Shown: positions 35,901 to 51,000 of the stretch, piece by piece | Layout of the letters: each line of letters opens with the position of its first letter | Numbering within the stretch: position 1 is the stretch's first letter | Made by a program: the position numbers and the translations under genes | DNA from: Balanoglossus misakiensis | Taxonomy: Eukaryota; Animalia; Hemichordata | Assembly (NCBI GenBank): GCA_040954595.2 | Contig: CM082594.2 | Location: forward strand, 5,813,319 to 5,877,318 | Reading direction: 5' to 3' | Length of the DNA stretch: 64,000 nt | Notes under the pieces: model-generated | Seen by the model: only the letters and a program-made list of their open reading frames with translations | Database searches by the model: none | What the model was told of the DNA's origin: nothing

Positions 35901-38522
35901 ATGAAAATTTGCATTTTGTTGTGTAAAGACCATTGATGAACACCAATGCTGGTTTGTCTATAAGGACCAGACAAGAAATTCAACGACACCTGTAATGGTG
36001 CCCCGAGGTAGATGGTGCAAAGTAACGTCTACCAGTTTTATATCATACCCTAGAGGCATACAAGATCCCGTGTGTTACGTGGCTACAACAGAGAGAAGAC
36101 TTGCCACTTTCTAAAGCAATGTTCTACACGCATTCGTCACTTCCTTACAGTAATATAATTCTACACAGTGTTTTTAACCGACGGCAAAACTGCACAACTG
36201 TGAATTTATACTCTGCATAGTGATCAAGACCTGACAGGAGACGACAAGACTCCAAACAGTCGACCGAATTCAGAAAGGTGTTTTTCTTGGGTCGCTCCTA
36301 CTGTTTAGCACAAAATGGCGTGCGGTGGTAATGAATATGCTAATGAAGTGATTCTTGTTTTGGACATGCAACGATGGTGGTTGTTTGTTGTTGTACATGT
36401 ATGTTGTTTTGGTGTCTAGCGAGAAATGTTAATAACTTCGGTTTCTGTTTTGATACACAATTTGTCAAAGGAATGCCCGCGTACTATTCAAGGCAATTTC
36501 ATCCATACCATTAAATGTGTACAATCTGTAAAGTCAGCAGTACTGCCATTTGGGCATGAATTTTGAGGGTCCTGACCAAATGAAAATAGTAATGATATTA
36601 ATATCTAATCCATTTGCGGATATACTGTTCTCTGACCTCCCGCGCTGCTTAATGTAATAATGAAATCGAAAGTCATGGATTAAACAGGTCAGAGTCTGTG
36701 TTTTTACTTTCTTTACAAATCATTGAATAAAGATTGTCGCCCAATTAAGTAAGTGCAGTGATCATAACATTTTGTGAGGTTTTTACACCTGCTTTCTTTT
36801 GGTTCAGTCGAGTTGGTGACATTTGACGGTCTTTTACTGCACGTATATTCTGGTATCTTAATAAATAGTTGTTGTCAAACCTATCCATATTCTAAAGTTC
36901 ATAGGTCAAATGTACAATATTTACACGGCCAGTTGCAAAGGCAAACAGTCACAAAAAGATACATCACAGATAATCAATAAACACACAGAACAAAGACAAG
37001 TCCGTGAAAGAAATTAAAGGCAAAAAGACCAGGAAGTGGTGTAAGGTGTTTCGAAAATAGTAAGCAAACCCTGCCCCCAAATGTGGTAGCCGCCATATGT
37101 CAATCTCTAAGTAAAAATAGGAAACAGTCACGCAATAATGGCGTTTCAAAGAACATTCAAAAGAACACGAATACTTAAAGATTCAGCAAACGTTTCAGTA
37201 AAAGAAAGACATTTGATAATTAATCAGATATATGTGTAGTCTAGCCGTTATTGTACACACAAGTGGTCTGTGTATAGGCATCGCACCTCGTCTGTATAAT
37301 TAATGTCCCCTTCTGACTATAAATCAATAATGGATTAACAACCAAAATGAAAGAATTTCATTTTGTTGATATTATTAATTCATCACTTGCATCCTCATCA
37401 CTCCCTTGGACATCACTTATCATCTGCACTGAGCTGGTTTTGTCAGCTATGAGATGAAACTTTTCCAAAATCAAATTAATGAATGTGAGTATCCTTTTTT
37501 CAGTGTCTCGAGCCTCGTGTCTCTTGGGTGCCATGACTGCAAAAACATTCCTGGTGAGGACGTAATTTATCATTATATTTGGGCACGTTTAACAGCAAAC
37601 ACTTTCCGCATACATTGTACTTATTTCTAGGGATTAAAAGGGTGTGGTAGTTTAAAGCCCCAATAGCTGACACTTTGAGCATAGATTAATCGATCAAGTA
37701 AACTGACCTTCTCCTTAACCTTATCCTTAGTCGGCAGATGACACCACTTTGAATTTGTGGAGATTCTAACAACCATGATGGTTGTGTATTCTTGCAATGG
37801 GTGGCTGTATTAACATGTGCCGCACCCGTTTACTACATAACCTGTTCATATTTAAATGTACAGTCTCAAACAGAATGTGATAATATGTTTGTATAATATG
37901 TTTAATACAATTATGGCGTTATGTTCGGCATCTAGACACACTGCTTTTTGGAGGTTCAGGTCACCTTAACTTAACGGTCCCACATGCAGCTTGTATTAGA
38001 ATGGTCTGCCTGGCCATGTCAAAGCATCGATACCTAGCTCCTCGGGTCGTTGTGCTAGGCAAGATGAAGTCAGCTGAATAAAGTCCCAGTTGCGATTTGC
38101 CCATCGATGACTGGCTTTCCCGCGCGTTAACATCTAATGGTCGGCTTCAGGCATTCGAACTGTATCCGTGCAATTAATATTTTCGCCTATTTAAAGTATC
38201 ATCCAGTGAAACTTTCTTCAATTATATAATTCTGGCGAATGTTGATATCGCTCACAGACATCTGTGTCGGGGCAAATGGTTTCCCAGACAGGTGCGTCTC
38301 TGACACAGAATGGGAGCCCCGTACTATTTTTATCCAACCCATACATTAGACATAGATCCTCCAGGGACAAACGTTGCTTCAAAGACAAACCGCTGGCGTT
38401 GTTTTTTTTCTGTTATTTTTTTAAGCAAAATGACTGTGAATGAACATGCACAAAATCAAGGCAACATACTATAGGCACACAGAACTTCAGGTGGATTTTT
38501 AGGGATGCCCACATTTTCAAGC

Positions 38523-38582
38523 TAGTGTAGTGTAGTGTAGTATAGTGTAGTGTAGTGTAGTGTAGTGTAGTGTAGTGTAGTG
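38523..38582. repeat. (TAGTG)n pentanucleotide microsatellite, about 12 units
   Basis: Direct inspection. Confidence 0.96.
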
Positions 38583-41500
38583 CAGTACGTTACCTATAGC
38601 AGTGTCATTGGGATACCCATTTTAGCATGTTTGAGTGAAAACACAAGATGTACGTGTAGAAATTCGTTTCTTGTTGCATTCGTGTTCGATGACCATGCAC
38701 TACGATGGGTAATCATGACTCCATACTTCCAATGAAATTTTCCACGAATTCAAATCCTACACACATACGTCGTGTAGTTTCGCGACTTGGTCCCAAGGTA
38801 GCGAGTACGCGCTGTGGACGTAATTATGAAGCATAGTCGCATGTTGCCATGGCAATTTTCCAAACAAGGGATGGCGTGTTGACCCTGAAAAGTGTGAACG
38901 CCATCGATCGACTGATTGGGCGTGGTAATTGGCCGCTTTCAAGTCGATACTCGATCCAAGTGTGGTACTTCGCACTGTCCCAAGAGAAAGAAGTCGCGCC
39001 TGTTACGAAAGACCCAATTCAGCGCTTTGTTTCCGTGTGCCATCAGGCCGGACACCGATTTCACTGCCAAGTTCACTAACGTGCCAATGTCCTTTTCATT
39101 TTATTCTGTAAAACCTGAAATAGCAAATCTGTCTTTGTTAAACCTACCCGATTCGTCTCTGACACACGGATACTGACTACAGGTAAAACGGAAACAGAGT
39201 TAGGGATAAACAGTCAGGATATGAGGTGGACGTGCAAAGAATATGCATTTTACATGTACAGCCCCGTAGCTTCGCGATGGGTGCTGCAAGCTTTGCCACA
39301 AATTAAGCGTCCATTATCGCCATCCACAATGCAACGCGAAATAGACACCGTGCCCAAAAGGCACCGCTGTAGGCTCTCGGCGAGGGGTAAGTGCCGAAGT
39401 CGGTTTTCATCGCCTTGGACACAATGCAGACGAGAGTCGGGGGGCCATGTTTCGAAGCACGGGTATGAATCGGAGACACGATTACCACCCGGACCGGGTG
39501 TGTGTCAACTTCTCGCTCGCTCCATTAAGCGCCGAAGCCGGCGTCTATAGCAGCGCAGAAACCACTGAACACCCCGACAGACAATGTGTGATGCCGGCGG
39601 AGAATATTAACAAGTCAATTGCAAAGTGCAGCTATTACCGTATATTCGCGGCACTCAATGAGAATCGTGATTACAGATTTTGTTCAAATAGAAGTAATTC
39701 CCGGCGCGTGACCCCTATAAAAGAAGCTGAACTCTGAACAAAGTCGACAAAGTACGGTGTCGTCAGGTGATTTCCTTGGCTTAGGTTCAAAGAGGTGAAA
39801 AGTGGAGTTTATATACAGGGAAAGAGACGCCACATTTTCCAGTGCCAAAACTTTTCAGCCCGTTTGACTCCAAATCGTAATGTGTTTTGCCCACATCAAG
39901 GTATGTTGCGACATCCTCAGCTGTGTTCACGTCACCGACATCGCATCACTGCACGACACGCAAAACGTCTTCCCATTTCCTTCGCATCCGGACACACACA
40001 ACTGTCGCCGACGGCAATCACGAGCAAATCAACCAAATATCCGCCCGGGTGCAAATAGAAAAAAAAAACTACAGTGAATGAGGTCACGTGGTAATTGGCT
40101 TTAAATTGTACACAAGGTATACGTAAACATCCAAATATAAGAAGCTTTTGATATCATGGACTAATGAGAGATAGAGACCTACATAAATAATATACAGATA
40201 ACTAGTTAATTATTCATATTTGAGAACTATGAAATAATGAAAGCCGTATAAAATGAAATCCAATAATTTAAATGCAAACGTCACTTGTGCAACATTTCCT
40301 GCAAATAATAGCGTCCTTGTGAGCCCTTGAGATGTCTCACTGACATCCTGAAGTTCATTATCGATTGAAAGTAGCGGCGACGTTAAGGAGCAAATCTGAT
40401 TTGTGTTACAGTTCATTTAAGTCACTTTCCTCAAGATGGTGTTTTGTGTTTGGAATATACCAGGGTATGACACGTGACGTGACCAGATTCTCAGTGGTGT
40501 TTAGGGCCCAGTTTATCAGATATGTTTACTGTCTTGCCCGTATGGTGCGCGTTTTATAATGAATTATGTTGGTCTGATAACTCAGATAAAGCTGATTGAT
40601 AGTTGTCGCCGTGACGGGAACTGAGGTCAAAGCTTAGATGTTCAGAAACTGCCTATTTTGCAGACGTTCCTTTAAAGTCGCACCATGCACACCAAGCCCC
40701 GCGCATGCTCTGTTTCAAAACACCCGCCACGGTTCGATGGCTCGGACAAACAAGTTAATTTTTAATGTTACCGGGGATCACTTCGCGAGGCGATTTCTCG
40801 GCAAACAAGCGCAGTGTGGGTATAATCGTAGTCAAAAGTTGTCGAGCATGCGTCGGCCATTTTTCATACGCCACAGGGGAACGAGGCTTAGACGAACAGA
40901 CGCGCATAACATGATGAAGGTCAGGTATTCACGTGACAAGATGATGACCACGTGCGCGCATGGACAAGTCACACCTTGATCACAATTGCAGTTAGCACAT
41001 ACGTAATCGTTTAAAACCATCGGTGTTATCACTTTCTAATTAGGAACAGCAAAAACACCAGCATGACAACCGAAGAAAAATGATATTAAGAATTAAGTCC
41101 CGATTGTCTAATATGCACCTCGGGGATAATTAAGTTTTTCATATGAATAATAGTCCTCTAAATCCTTCAGTTCTTTTCTAAAGTGTGTGAGGAGCTTTTG
41201 AAAACAAAAAATGGTGAGTTAACCATGTTTTTTCATGAAAATCGCTACTTTATAATTTTTCTCCGTCATAGAGTTCACGAGGGATTAGTGGCCATTTAAA
41301 AATTGAGACAATTCAAAATGTTCCATAGTAGCCCCCTAATTTTATTCTCACCTTTAAAGGAAAATTATCTGTATTTGCTTTGAGCGAAATATAAGGAAAT
41401 ATTTATGACGGATTTTAGAGGTACATTCACACTTGTGTGTGCAGCAAATCTTGACAAAAGACTTACTCTTTGAAAACAGGTCGGTGATCAGTACAATATT

Positions 41501-41871
41501 CGCCTTCGGTGGTTTAAGACACAGTCTGAGAGCGTATCGTATTATACTATAGTTGTCGTCTTCAATTATTAAATGGTTGTGCGCGGTGGATTATGAGTGT
41601 ATTCCACTTGAAAGTCATATCATTGGGCGAACATGTAAACTAAGCCTTGTATACGTTTTTGTGATGATCCCGATTCCGTATTCAACATCAATCACTCTGT
41701 TTTTTTACATCGAGTAACAACTGGTACATGATGTAACTGTTTTAGTGTAAACACGCTGGCTGCGTTTCATACGCACGTTGCCGTGAGTGATCAGCGTCTT
41801 TCCGAGTGAAAGGATCGTCACGTGACCTCTACATCTACAGCGTTTCAGTGCAAATTGCACGGGGTGGTTAA

Positions 41872-42056
41872 AGGTATACTGTCACCTATGGAAATTTAGC
41901 TACAGTTGCCATAGCAGACTGAGATCTGGCCAATCACAGATGTTCTAGTGGTGGGCACGAGTGAAAAAAGAACGCCACCGTATGTTCTTTAGAACACTCA
42001 GATACGCCGTTTTTGCCATATATGAACATATGTAAATTGAAAGTGACCGTGTACCT
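41872..42056. mobile_element. Kolobok-type MITE, full-length copy
   Basis: TTAA|AGGTATACTGTCACCT ... AAGTGACCGTGTACCT|TTAA. Inverted relative to 11907-12077. Confidence 0.82.
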
Positions 42057-45000
42057 TTAATACTCACAAATTTAAGTAATGCTGTTACTGCCTGAATATA
42101 TTTTATTGATACCGTGCTAGAAATGATTTTTGTGACCTGTGTGTACGGTTAACAGTGTATACTTGATGTATGGAGTCGGCAGATTGTCTCCATGCCTAAC
42201 ATTGCCAAATCGTCAAATCATAAAGTTAGCGCAGTCACGCGCCAAATGGTTACATCCTCCATCACGCTGGCGGAATTCAAAGCACGCGTCCGTTGCCAAT
42301 TTTCCCTGAAAATGAGAGTCTAATACAGGTGAGGCTATCAGGACCATTATCTGATCGAACGGCGTTCTTTCAACCTCTCCGCTTTCAATATTTGCCATAA
42401 CGACTCAGAAATCCGTTTTTAATTACGTCTCTAGGAATCGGGATTTTGTTTTGTAATTGAAATTGTTTTCTGCGGGGACCGTGGCATGTTTTTTTGTTCG
42501 CTAGTTGGTCGTATCGCTGACATCTTGATCTGTTCCACGAGCACGGGATACTTGGTTACGATAAAAAAACACTCGGCACGAATTCGTCGCTGTTTGCTAT
42601 TTATTAAACGTCGACTTGTAGTAAAATGCAATTTACTTTATGACCGACTTTAACTGACGAGGCAACTCATTTACCGTGTCAAATTGCAATTAATATACAC
42701 TCCACTAAACGCCACCACAGTTCAGTTGGTTTTCAGTTTTATGGGGAAAACCAATAACTCCACCTGCTTGCTGTTCTGCTGCCTGTGCTTACTGAAAGCA
42801 TCAATAAATAGGCGATGACACCGATAACCTCCGTAAAAGTGAACTAAACGAGACGGTGATGAGAAAATATCGCGACTTTGAGTTCAGCCACTCAATATTC
42901 CCAGCAATATTCTAGACCCAGTAAACGCGCGCGCAATAATGTATAGGCCCGCACTTTATCAGCGCATAAACTGGCGATCCGTGCGTAATCCCACGGATAA
43001 TTTCCCAATAAGCCCGTGCAACTATAAATAAAAAACGGAAGACCTCGTTGCTGTCGGGACTCAACCCAGGGGAGGGAATTTCTTCGTTTACACAAGCTAT
43101 TCGATCGACCGAACTCGCGCACCTAATGTGATTTGCTTCAATCCCGAATGCTGCGATCTGAATGCAAAAATCATCATCGTGCCATTTCAAAGGACTCTGT
43201 TGATACGAGAACATTGTTGGAATAGCGAATTTCATGCTCCATTTTTTTCAGTAATATAGTTGTGCCGCGATCTTCAATGGCTGCCACGCTTTGCATATGA
43301 TTACATGAATTCCACATTCATCTCCACTTAAAGCTATCACCATGACGATGATGAACTCTCATTTGTCATTTTTTGTACATTAAGAAAAAATGGCAATAGA
43401 GGAAGCGAATGTCATCACAGTATTACTGATGACTCTCAGAGCCATAGTTCGAAAATGCGTCTCATTTTTTCTAACGCAGTTCGTTGAAAATGTGAACGAT
43501 CAAAAGATTTACAGCAAACCCTTGAAGGGTGACAACTGCATAAAAATGTGATCGCTTTGAATACGTGGGTGACATGCACCGGCCAAATACAAGGCAGTTC
43601 AGAAACAGGATTGTTATCAGCTATTTCAGGAAACAATCGTGTATTATAGAAATCTACTTTAGGAGTACTGGTGTACGTGTGAGGTCAATATTTTGCGTTC
43701 TTGCGCAATTTTTGATGCGATTCCAGTACCCCTGGAAGAGGTTAAAAGAATTATCAGAAAAAAAGAGTCAGATCTTTCTTCCCATGCTCATACATCTTAT
43801 TCTTGCACACCGTCATCTTTCCCTTGTTAAACAGCGAAAAAAAGATTGTGACGGTTGACCTTTTGCTGAAGTAAAAAGGCCCGAGAACTCGACCAACCAC
43901 CTGGACTTAATACTTACACGTCCATTTGCACGAGGCAATATATCGACCCACACGAAATAAACGCAACGTTTCCCCTGTAGTTATCATTACAGTGCGTAGT
44001 TAAGTGATTTCCAGCAAGGCGAGGTCACGTGAGTAAAATCGACCAGCAACACGCTCCCGGACAATTTAGAAGTGGCAGCAACTGGTTGTGGCCAAGATCT
44101 AAAGTTCCATTTAGGTCTCGATCGTTACTTTGAATTAGTGAAAGTTAACCGACCCGTGGAAAAAACACGCTAGCGATGGGTTTCCTATTTTTAATCATAG
44201 GACCAAAAGAGACCCACAATTTAATCTTCTACACGAGACGCCCTGTCTTCGTAATTGCTCGCGACACACTGATTGTACACGCATAAGCTCCTTCCCTCGC
44301 ACACACGAGTCCCGCCGGCGGTCAAAAGATCACTTTAAACAACTTTAAAGATCAGGAGATTGCCTGTAATTATCTCCCACTTTCCAGACAGGTAATCTCA
44401 CTTCATTAACCTTTGAAATTCAGCAGTGCCCCCTTCTCTCTCTCTCGAAGATTGAAAAAAAAACTCCGCTTTGTAAACACGAGGTATCTATGCGAACATC
44501 CTCTAATGTAGTAATATACGTTCTTTTGAGTTTTCTTGCCCCTTGGTTATGAAGCTGGTGACCCCTGACCCCAAAGGGATCGTACTGCCTTCAGAACTCC
44601 GAAAGTAAGATGATTTGCCACATTGACAAACTGCGCTTTCTCAAATCTCTAACTAACCCCATCACCGCTTATCTTCGGGGAAATGTAGAATTAAAGCGAC
44701 AGTGACATTCCACCGTGTATATACACAGTAATGTTTGTTCAGGTAAATAGAATCTTTCATCACAAGAGTGCTGAGGCTATTTGGCATTCTGTATTGGCCA
44801 CATCACAACAGATAAACTAGACGATAACGAAGGTATTTTACGATAAAGTTTAGAGGTTCTTTTCTGCTTGCCTCATAACGGCACTAAAGGGTATCCCGTA
44901 TCAAGCGATACCCAAAGCCAACCAGAGTCTGTCTGTCTGTCTGGCTGGCTGGCTGGCTGCCCGCCTCATTGTCTCTCTCCCCCTCTTGGCAGCATGTTGT

Positions 45001-48000
45001 GATTCCATGACCATAACCGTCTATGTCATTGGCATCGCGTTTGAAATCCCATCCGTGTTAGTGCGTATGTACCAAGATCGCAATCTCCATATCGCCACCG
45101 TAATCAACACCGGTATGCACTCAACGTGATGCCAGCTCCGTAAATCCAAATAGAATCATTTTACGCAACCTGCGTTTCCAAATGTCGACACGCGTTTTCG
45201 TCACAGATTATCGTAAAATCCTATCTCCGCGTGAGACGCGGATGATACTGGTAGCTGCCAATTACGTGCGCGTTACACGTGAAGCTACAAATCGACACCG
45301 GCCGCCTCGAAGAACACACGTATGCATTTCAAAAGAGATTTGGGGGTAGTTTCATTTATTGCGATTGCCTTTGTGGCTCTCCCTGCTGTCCGACGCATTT
45401 GGCCTGTTCTCCATTTGCACAGTGCAACTGCACCTGCGGTGGACAGGTCCATTTATCTGACAAGATGTCGTTCTGCCCCCGAGAAAATACTAATAATCAA
45501 GCAAAGTGACGCGTCTCACTCGGCACGCGTTCGTAATACATGGACATATCATAAAGAAAAAAAATCACATACGCCAAAATATCGACATTATACCAGGCAC
45601 AATTGTAGCTTAATACAGCAGAACCGACACAATTGGCAATGCATAGACAGGTACCCTAGGTGAGCTTTTGATGGAGAAAAATGAAAACTTTTCAAAGCAT
45701 GTTATAGACACTTTAAACTGAAAGTCATGCGTCGATATCAACTCAGAGAAATAGAAACCAAACAAAAGTACACGTTATACACAAAGATAACCCACGTGTA
45801 CACGTGTGCAAACACAAAGCAAACGAACACTGATAATATTGCGCTGCCGAGAAAGTCAGAGAGAAACGGTAACTTCAATGTTTGTACTAATTCTTGAATA
45901 CTCATTGACACAATGTCTTTTTTATCAATCAGAGCGAGAAGGTCGCTGCCTCGTGACAGTTAAGCGTTGGTCGCAAATGAAAAAATAATTACTTTTTTGT
46001 CGAAGACTCAAAAGAATTGTCGCCTTGATGCATGCATGAAAATCAAAATCTGTTTCTACGGTCTCGGTCAATGACATCCACTCTTTTGTAAAATTGCTAG
46101 TCAGGTACGGTGGCCTTGATTGGGCAAAATTATTAGGCCAGCTTAAATTTACGGTGCTACATACATGTATATATGTTTGAATTGAGAAAGGCTACTGTAC
46201 TGGTATAGCCGATGTTGATCTTACATTGTATATACTCATATTTCTACACTTCGGGAAATTATATTTTTGGTTTCTTTTTACGAAATGTGTTGGTTTTGAT
46301 GAATGTGTCAGCAGCACAAGCGAACTGTGATCTCCGCCGAGTTTAGCCACGTATACACGAGAGTTCGCCAAAATTGCCAAATCCATTTATGCAATCATCG
46401 TTTCACGTATTGCTCTGGGTATTACTCCATGAAATCGCTTGATGCAGCGACCCTGCTTTGTCGACTGTAATTTTCGTAATCGAGTTTCGATATAAATGCG
46501 AAAATAGCGCTGCCATGCCGCAGTAAGGCTTCGGGGAAGCCACAAAAGTAAGAATTGCGCGAAAGCCATGGAGCATTTCAAAGCGAATGTGTCGCGTTCT
46601 CACACGGACTGGAAATTGGGGCTCTCGAACAATATCAGACGCATGCGTGTCTGAGATCTTGAAGCCACTCCTGTCAATATGTGCGATGTACCTTGGATCC
46701 TAATTTCGAATCTCAAAGGAAATGCAACCGAACGCCTATTTAGTAGGGATTTCGTTTGATCAATGACCAAATATAAGCTGCACTGAGACCACACTGTGAT
46801 GAGCATGTCACTTGTCTGTGGGGAATAACACACGCCTGGCCCCTGTAAGTGTTTGTAATCTATGTCGCCTTAAAATATAAAGTCATTCAGATAAAGGATG
46901 TGAATAGGCAAATTGCGGTGCAAAGTGTAAACTAGCTCGTCAGATCTAAGTATGGAGAAAATAGCTCGTCGAGTCGCTAAGTATCGTCTCCACAAACGAG
47001 TCGTAGCCTTGCTTTGAAAGATTGATTCAAGTCCGGTAATAAGTATAACGTTCTTTGAATTGCGTATTGACACAACTTGGTTTACTTTGAGTTCGCAGAT
47101 GGCGGAGAGAAATACTCTTACGTGATTTGTTTTTAGCTGCCTGTGTATTTTTAGAAATTAAATTTAGACTATGAACCGTGCGACTTCAGAGTCTACTCTT
47201 TTTAGAACTTGAAGTGTTACTTGATCACGTGTTTTTAGTCGTCATCGGTCGTGAATGTTTACTTTTCTGGTGTCCGGGTGTCTTAGTGAATACCAAACCG
47301 TGCATTTCCAACTTGATGTAACTGTTATCTGATGATGTTAGCTAAAAATACAAATGTATCGTGATCTGCAGATATCTTAGGGTTTTCTGAAGAGTGCCTC
47401 TCGCGGAAAAAACAATCTCAAGAGCTCTGCGTCTGCGAAAAAACTCTGCGGTGTGCCGGGAACACCGTGGTGAATATCCAAAGGAAACAGTTCGGTGAAT
47501 GCACGTGGAAGTGTGGCTGACGATCGTGCTCGGGTGAAAAACAAATTCACAGAATCACGTAACGGCTTTGTCGCAAGTAAACATAGCGAAGGAGGAATAA
47601 AGCTCATTCTCCGGGATGACGGAGGCATATCTCGAGTCTTTGAATCTCGCTTGGCAGCTTCGTGGATTAGGAAATGAAAACGCGGCATTGTGCACACAAT
47701 CGGTTGCCGTAATGCCTATTTACCAAACGTCTACGCGTTTGTCAAAAGCACGCCAGTATCTGATTTCGCACACAGTGATGGACACGACTTCGCCAGGAAA
47801 GATTTATTAAAGAAAAATATCGATTCCGTCACGTCATTCTTATGGGGGAAAGAATCTTCTCTTTCTGTGGGAGGGGGGGGGGGGTGGTGATGTATTGAAT
47901 TTACAGATCATTTGCTGCTGCACACATTCGACGGTTTTGAGTTTTGACGAGAAAGGCGCGATGAGGAAATCGAGCATGCGAACATTGAATTCCTGGTATA

Positions 48001-51000
48001 CTTAGTTACATGTTGTCCACGTTATGGACGGACCTCATTTCAAATCACTGCACTTTCAGTCGCTTCTTGGGGATAACAAGATTTTATTGAAGTTAATAAC
48101 CAACAATACACTCTTGACATCTGTAGTGACATTAGGAACTGATAAAATGAATGTTTCTTTTCTGTCTCTCGGTAGATTCTACTAAAACTTGAAAATCAGT
48201 ATTTCCAGGGATGCAATGTCTTAATTATCTGCAACTACGACTGTCGTAAAATGCCAGTTGGGGTCTTTCAACTGATTAACTTTATTACCTGTGCTCCCAT
48301 CAATGTAGAACATATCGTATAGCTGGATAACCTATCACTGGCATGCTTGGATGTTTTGACGTCTATCATGGTCTGTCTGTCTGTCTGTCGGACATCGTTC
48401 GTACATTTCTCCATCGGTCAGCTTTGGTATTTGGCTTAAATATAAAGAAAGAAGGGTTCTGTATGTGCCATTTCTGGTGTTTAAAAACTCAAATATACTG
48501 GTTGTTCCAACTATGACGGACGACCTTGCTAGCTGTTCATTCTTTTATACATGTTAAAATAACAATGGACCGTTGAAGTATGTTTTGTCTGTGTCCATGC
48601 CTTTTAATCTGCTTTGGTGTCAGAAAAAAGGCATGCATTTGAAAGGACATATTTGTGCCGTACATGTATGTCGCCTGCTGGTTGCCCAGAGCAACAAGTA
48701 ACTCTCGCGAGATCTCGTTCTCCGCGCAAGTTGAACTACATGTACTGGCGTTACTGATGTACACTTTGCAAATGCAATTTATTTATAAGTGGTCATTGAG
48801 ACACAGGTGTGTACGTTTCATTCGGTTGCAGTTGCTCTGTCGACATGACAATCACTGTCGTAAAAAGGTATAAGTGTCGTTTGACTGACCTGTGTAATAT
48901 TTGTTTATCTACCAGACGTGTGGTTTCCGTGAAATTATGCCAGTCTGCGAGTTGTCGTCGAGCACTTTTCAGTCTCGGCGATAAACGTGAGGGTCACGAA
49001 TCGGCAATTTCAGTATTTCAAACCATTCCTAGTGTCCACTGAAGCCCAGCACATATCCCCCTTGGGCTACGCCAGTTATTCGAGAAAACGATTCTCTCAG
49101 AAATCAAATTTTGACATCAGTGCCTTTCTCAATCTGCACAAGGTTATTTAATTTGCGTGTAAGCTGTCGTGCTCCAACCTTGACTGACTTGTTTTCCTTC
49201 ATTTTAGAGAAAACAAAGTATCTCATATGAGGGCAGGTGGAAGGTATCTTGGCCAGCTTTGTGTCTCTAGCCCATGTAGAAAACAACTCCATCAGTCATC
49301 GCTGTCTGTCTGTCTCCTTGTTCTTAACAAGATTGGAACAAATACGTGCTTCATAATTGTCCACAAGCAACGGAGCGCAATTATTCCCACCAGAATCCCT
49401 GTATATTTCCCTGGAAAGCACCAATCGTTCCAAATTCGGCACCTGTTTGTCGACGAGAAATTCGGCCATACTTTAAGTGTACACTTCTATTAGGAAATAC
49501 ATTTAACATTAGTGTCCCCTTTCAAGCTAAGAAGATTATTGCTTGAAAAAATAACTGAGTGCGCTGTTAATTAAATGTCGTATGTCTCATAATTTATCAA
49601 AAGTCCTTTTATAATGGATGTTCAAAACGTGTCAGCTGACGTGAAATTGGTGTCATCCCTTTGCCGTTATTTATGTTCGCGACACATGTGCTGTCAGGTC
49701 GCTTCCATCAGATCAATCTCTCAGGATTAATATTCCTGCGCAAAATAATTCACAGATATGAACGTTTATCGAGACTCGAAAGTCAGAGCAGCACTATATG
49801 CCTTCAGTTATACGAGGTGCTCGTACTGTTAGAAGCGTCCAGGGAGTTTGTGCTGTTTCCACAATTTTGATAATTTATGGCGGCCTTGTCACCGCAAAAA
49901 AGTATTTCCTATAGTGAAAGAGCGATGACTATAGCCAGTCGAATATTTACTATTGCTTCGTGAGGCCATGTTCCAGTTTCCTGCCCCAACGGGCGATAAT
50001 TTCCAATGCACAGAGAAGAGCAGGACTCAAATATTTGACTTCGAGGTAACATTGGAAAGCGGTGTGTCAAAGTTCCCCCTTCGCGCAGTCTCAGAGGATG
50101 CTTTCGAGTCGACTTAAAAGTCCGCCGGATCGCAACCTGTGGGGCGACATCACTAAATGTCAACCGTTCGTTGCTTTGATAAACCACGATTTCCTTTTTT
50201 TCCGTAAACTTCGAACAAAGTCACCGTGATGAGGGATGTGTGTCTGCCTATTAACCACGCCAGCGCTTCGGGCGCAAGTGAACTTAGCCATTAATCCCAA
50301 CATCATGAAACAATTACAGGGCCAGCGATGTGGCTCTGTGTGTACGTATTTTTTTAATATCGCCGTAGGATCAACATCGATGTTTGAACTCGGGTTATTA
50401 TGACAGCACTAAGGAAAAACATTTCCCCCCACCACACCGTCGCCAATATTCTGAATTATTAATGCGCTACGCACAAGAAGGTATCTGTGGTCTTATCTCG
50501 ATATAAAGCAGAAAGACACCAGTATGTAGAAATCTGATGAATTATTACACGACACTCATGCACATTTTAACATCACGTTTTTTTTTCTAATATGCCAATT
50601 TCGCACTGGCTTTGTAGATTGCATTATCCACGTCGAGACATGAAAACAGGTTTTATTCAATTCAGTCGTTACCCCCGGCTTTTTATATTGAGAAGTTGAA
50701 ATCACATGTCTGTGATGTGATTCTGATAGAAGCCACAAATCACGCACGCGCGATACACATTTCGCCGAAAACTCGATGGTAACAGGAACCTAGTTCGCTG
50801 AGAATGAATCGTACGCGTATTATTTTCTCGGTATTGTGGAGAGAGGTCAGCCTAGCAATCCGAAAGCTTTTTACGCAGAGCGAGGAATCTTGATCAAATC
50901 AGGCAAATATATAGATATGTTTCAGCAGCGTTATCACGCTTTATTTGTGATGTACTCTTCTTCCCATTCGGTTAAAGATGACGTATCATCCTCTATACCC

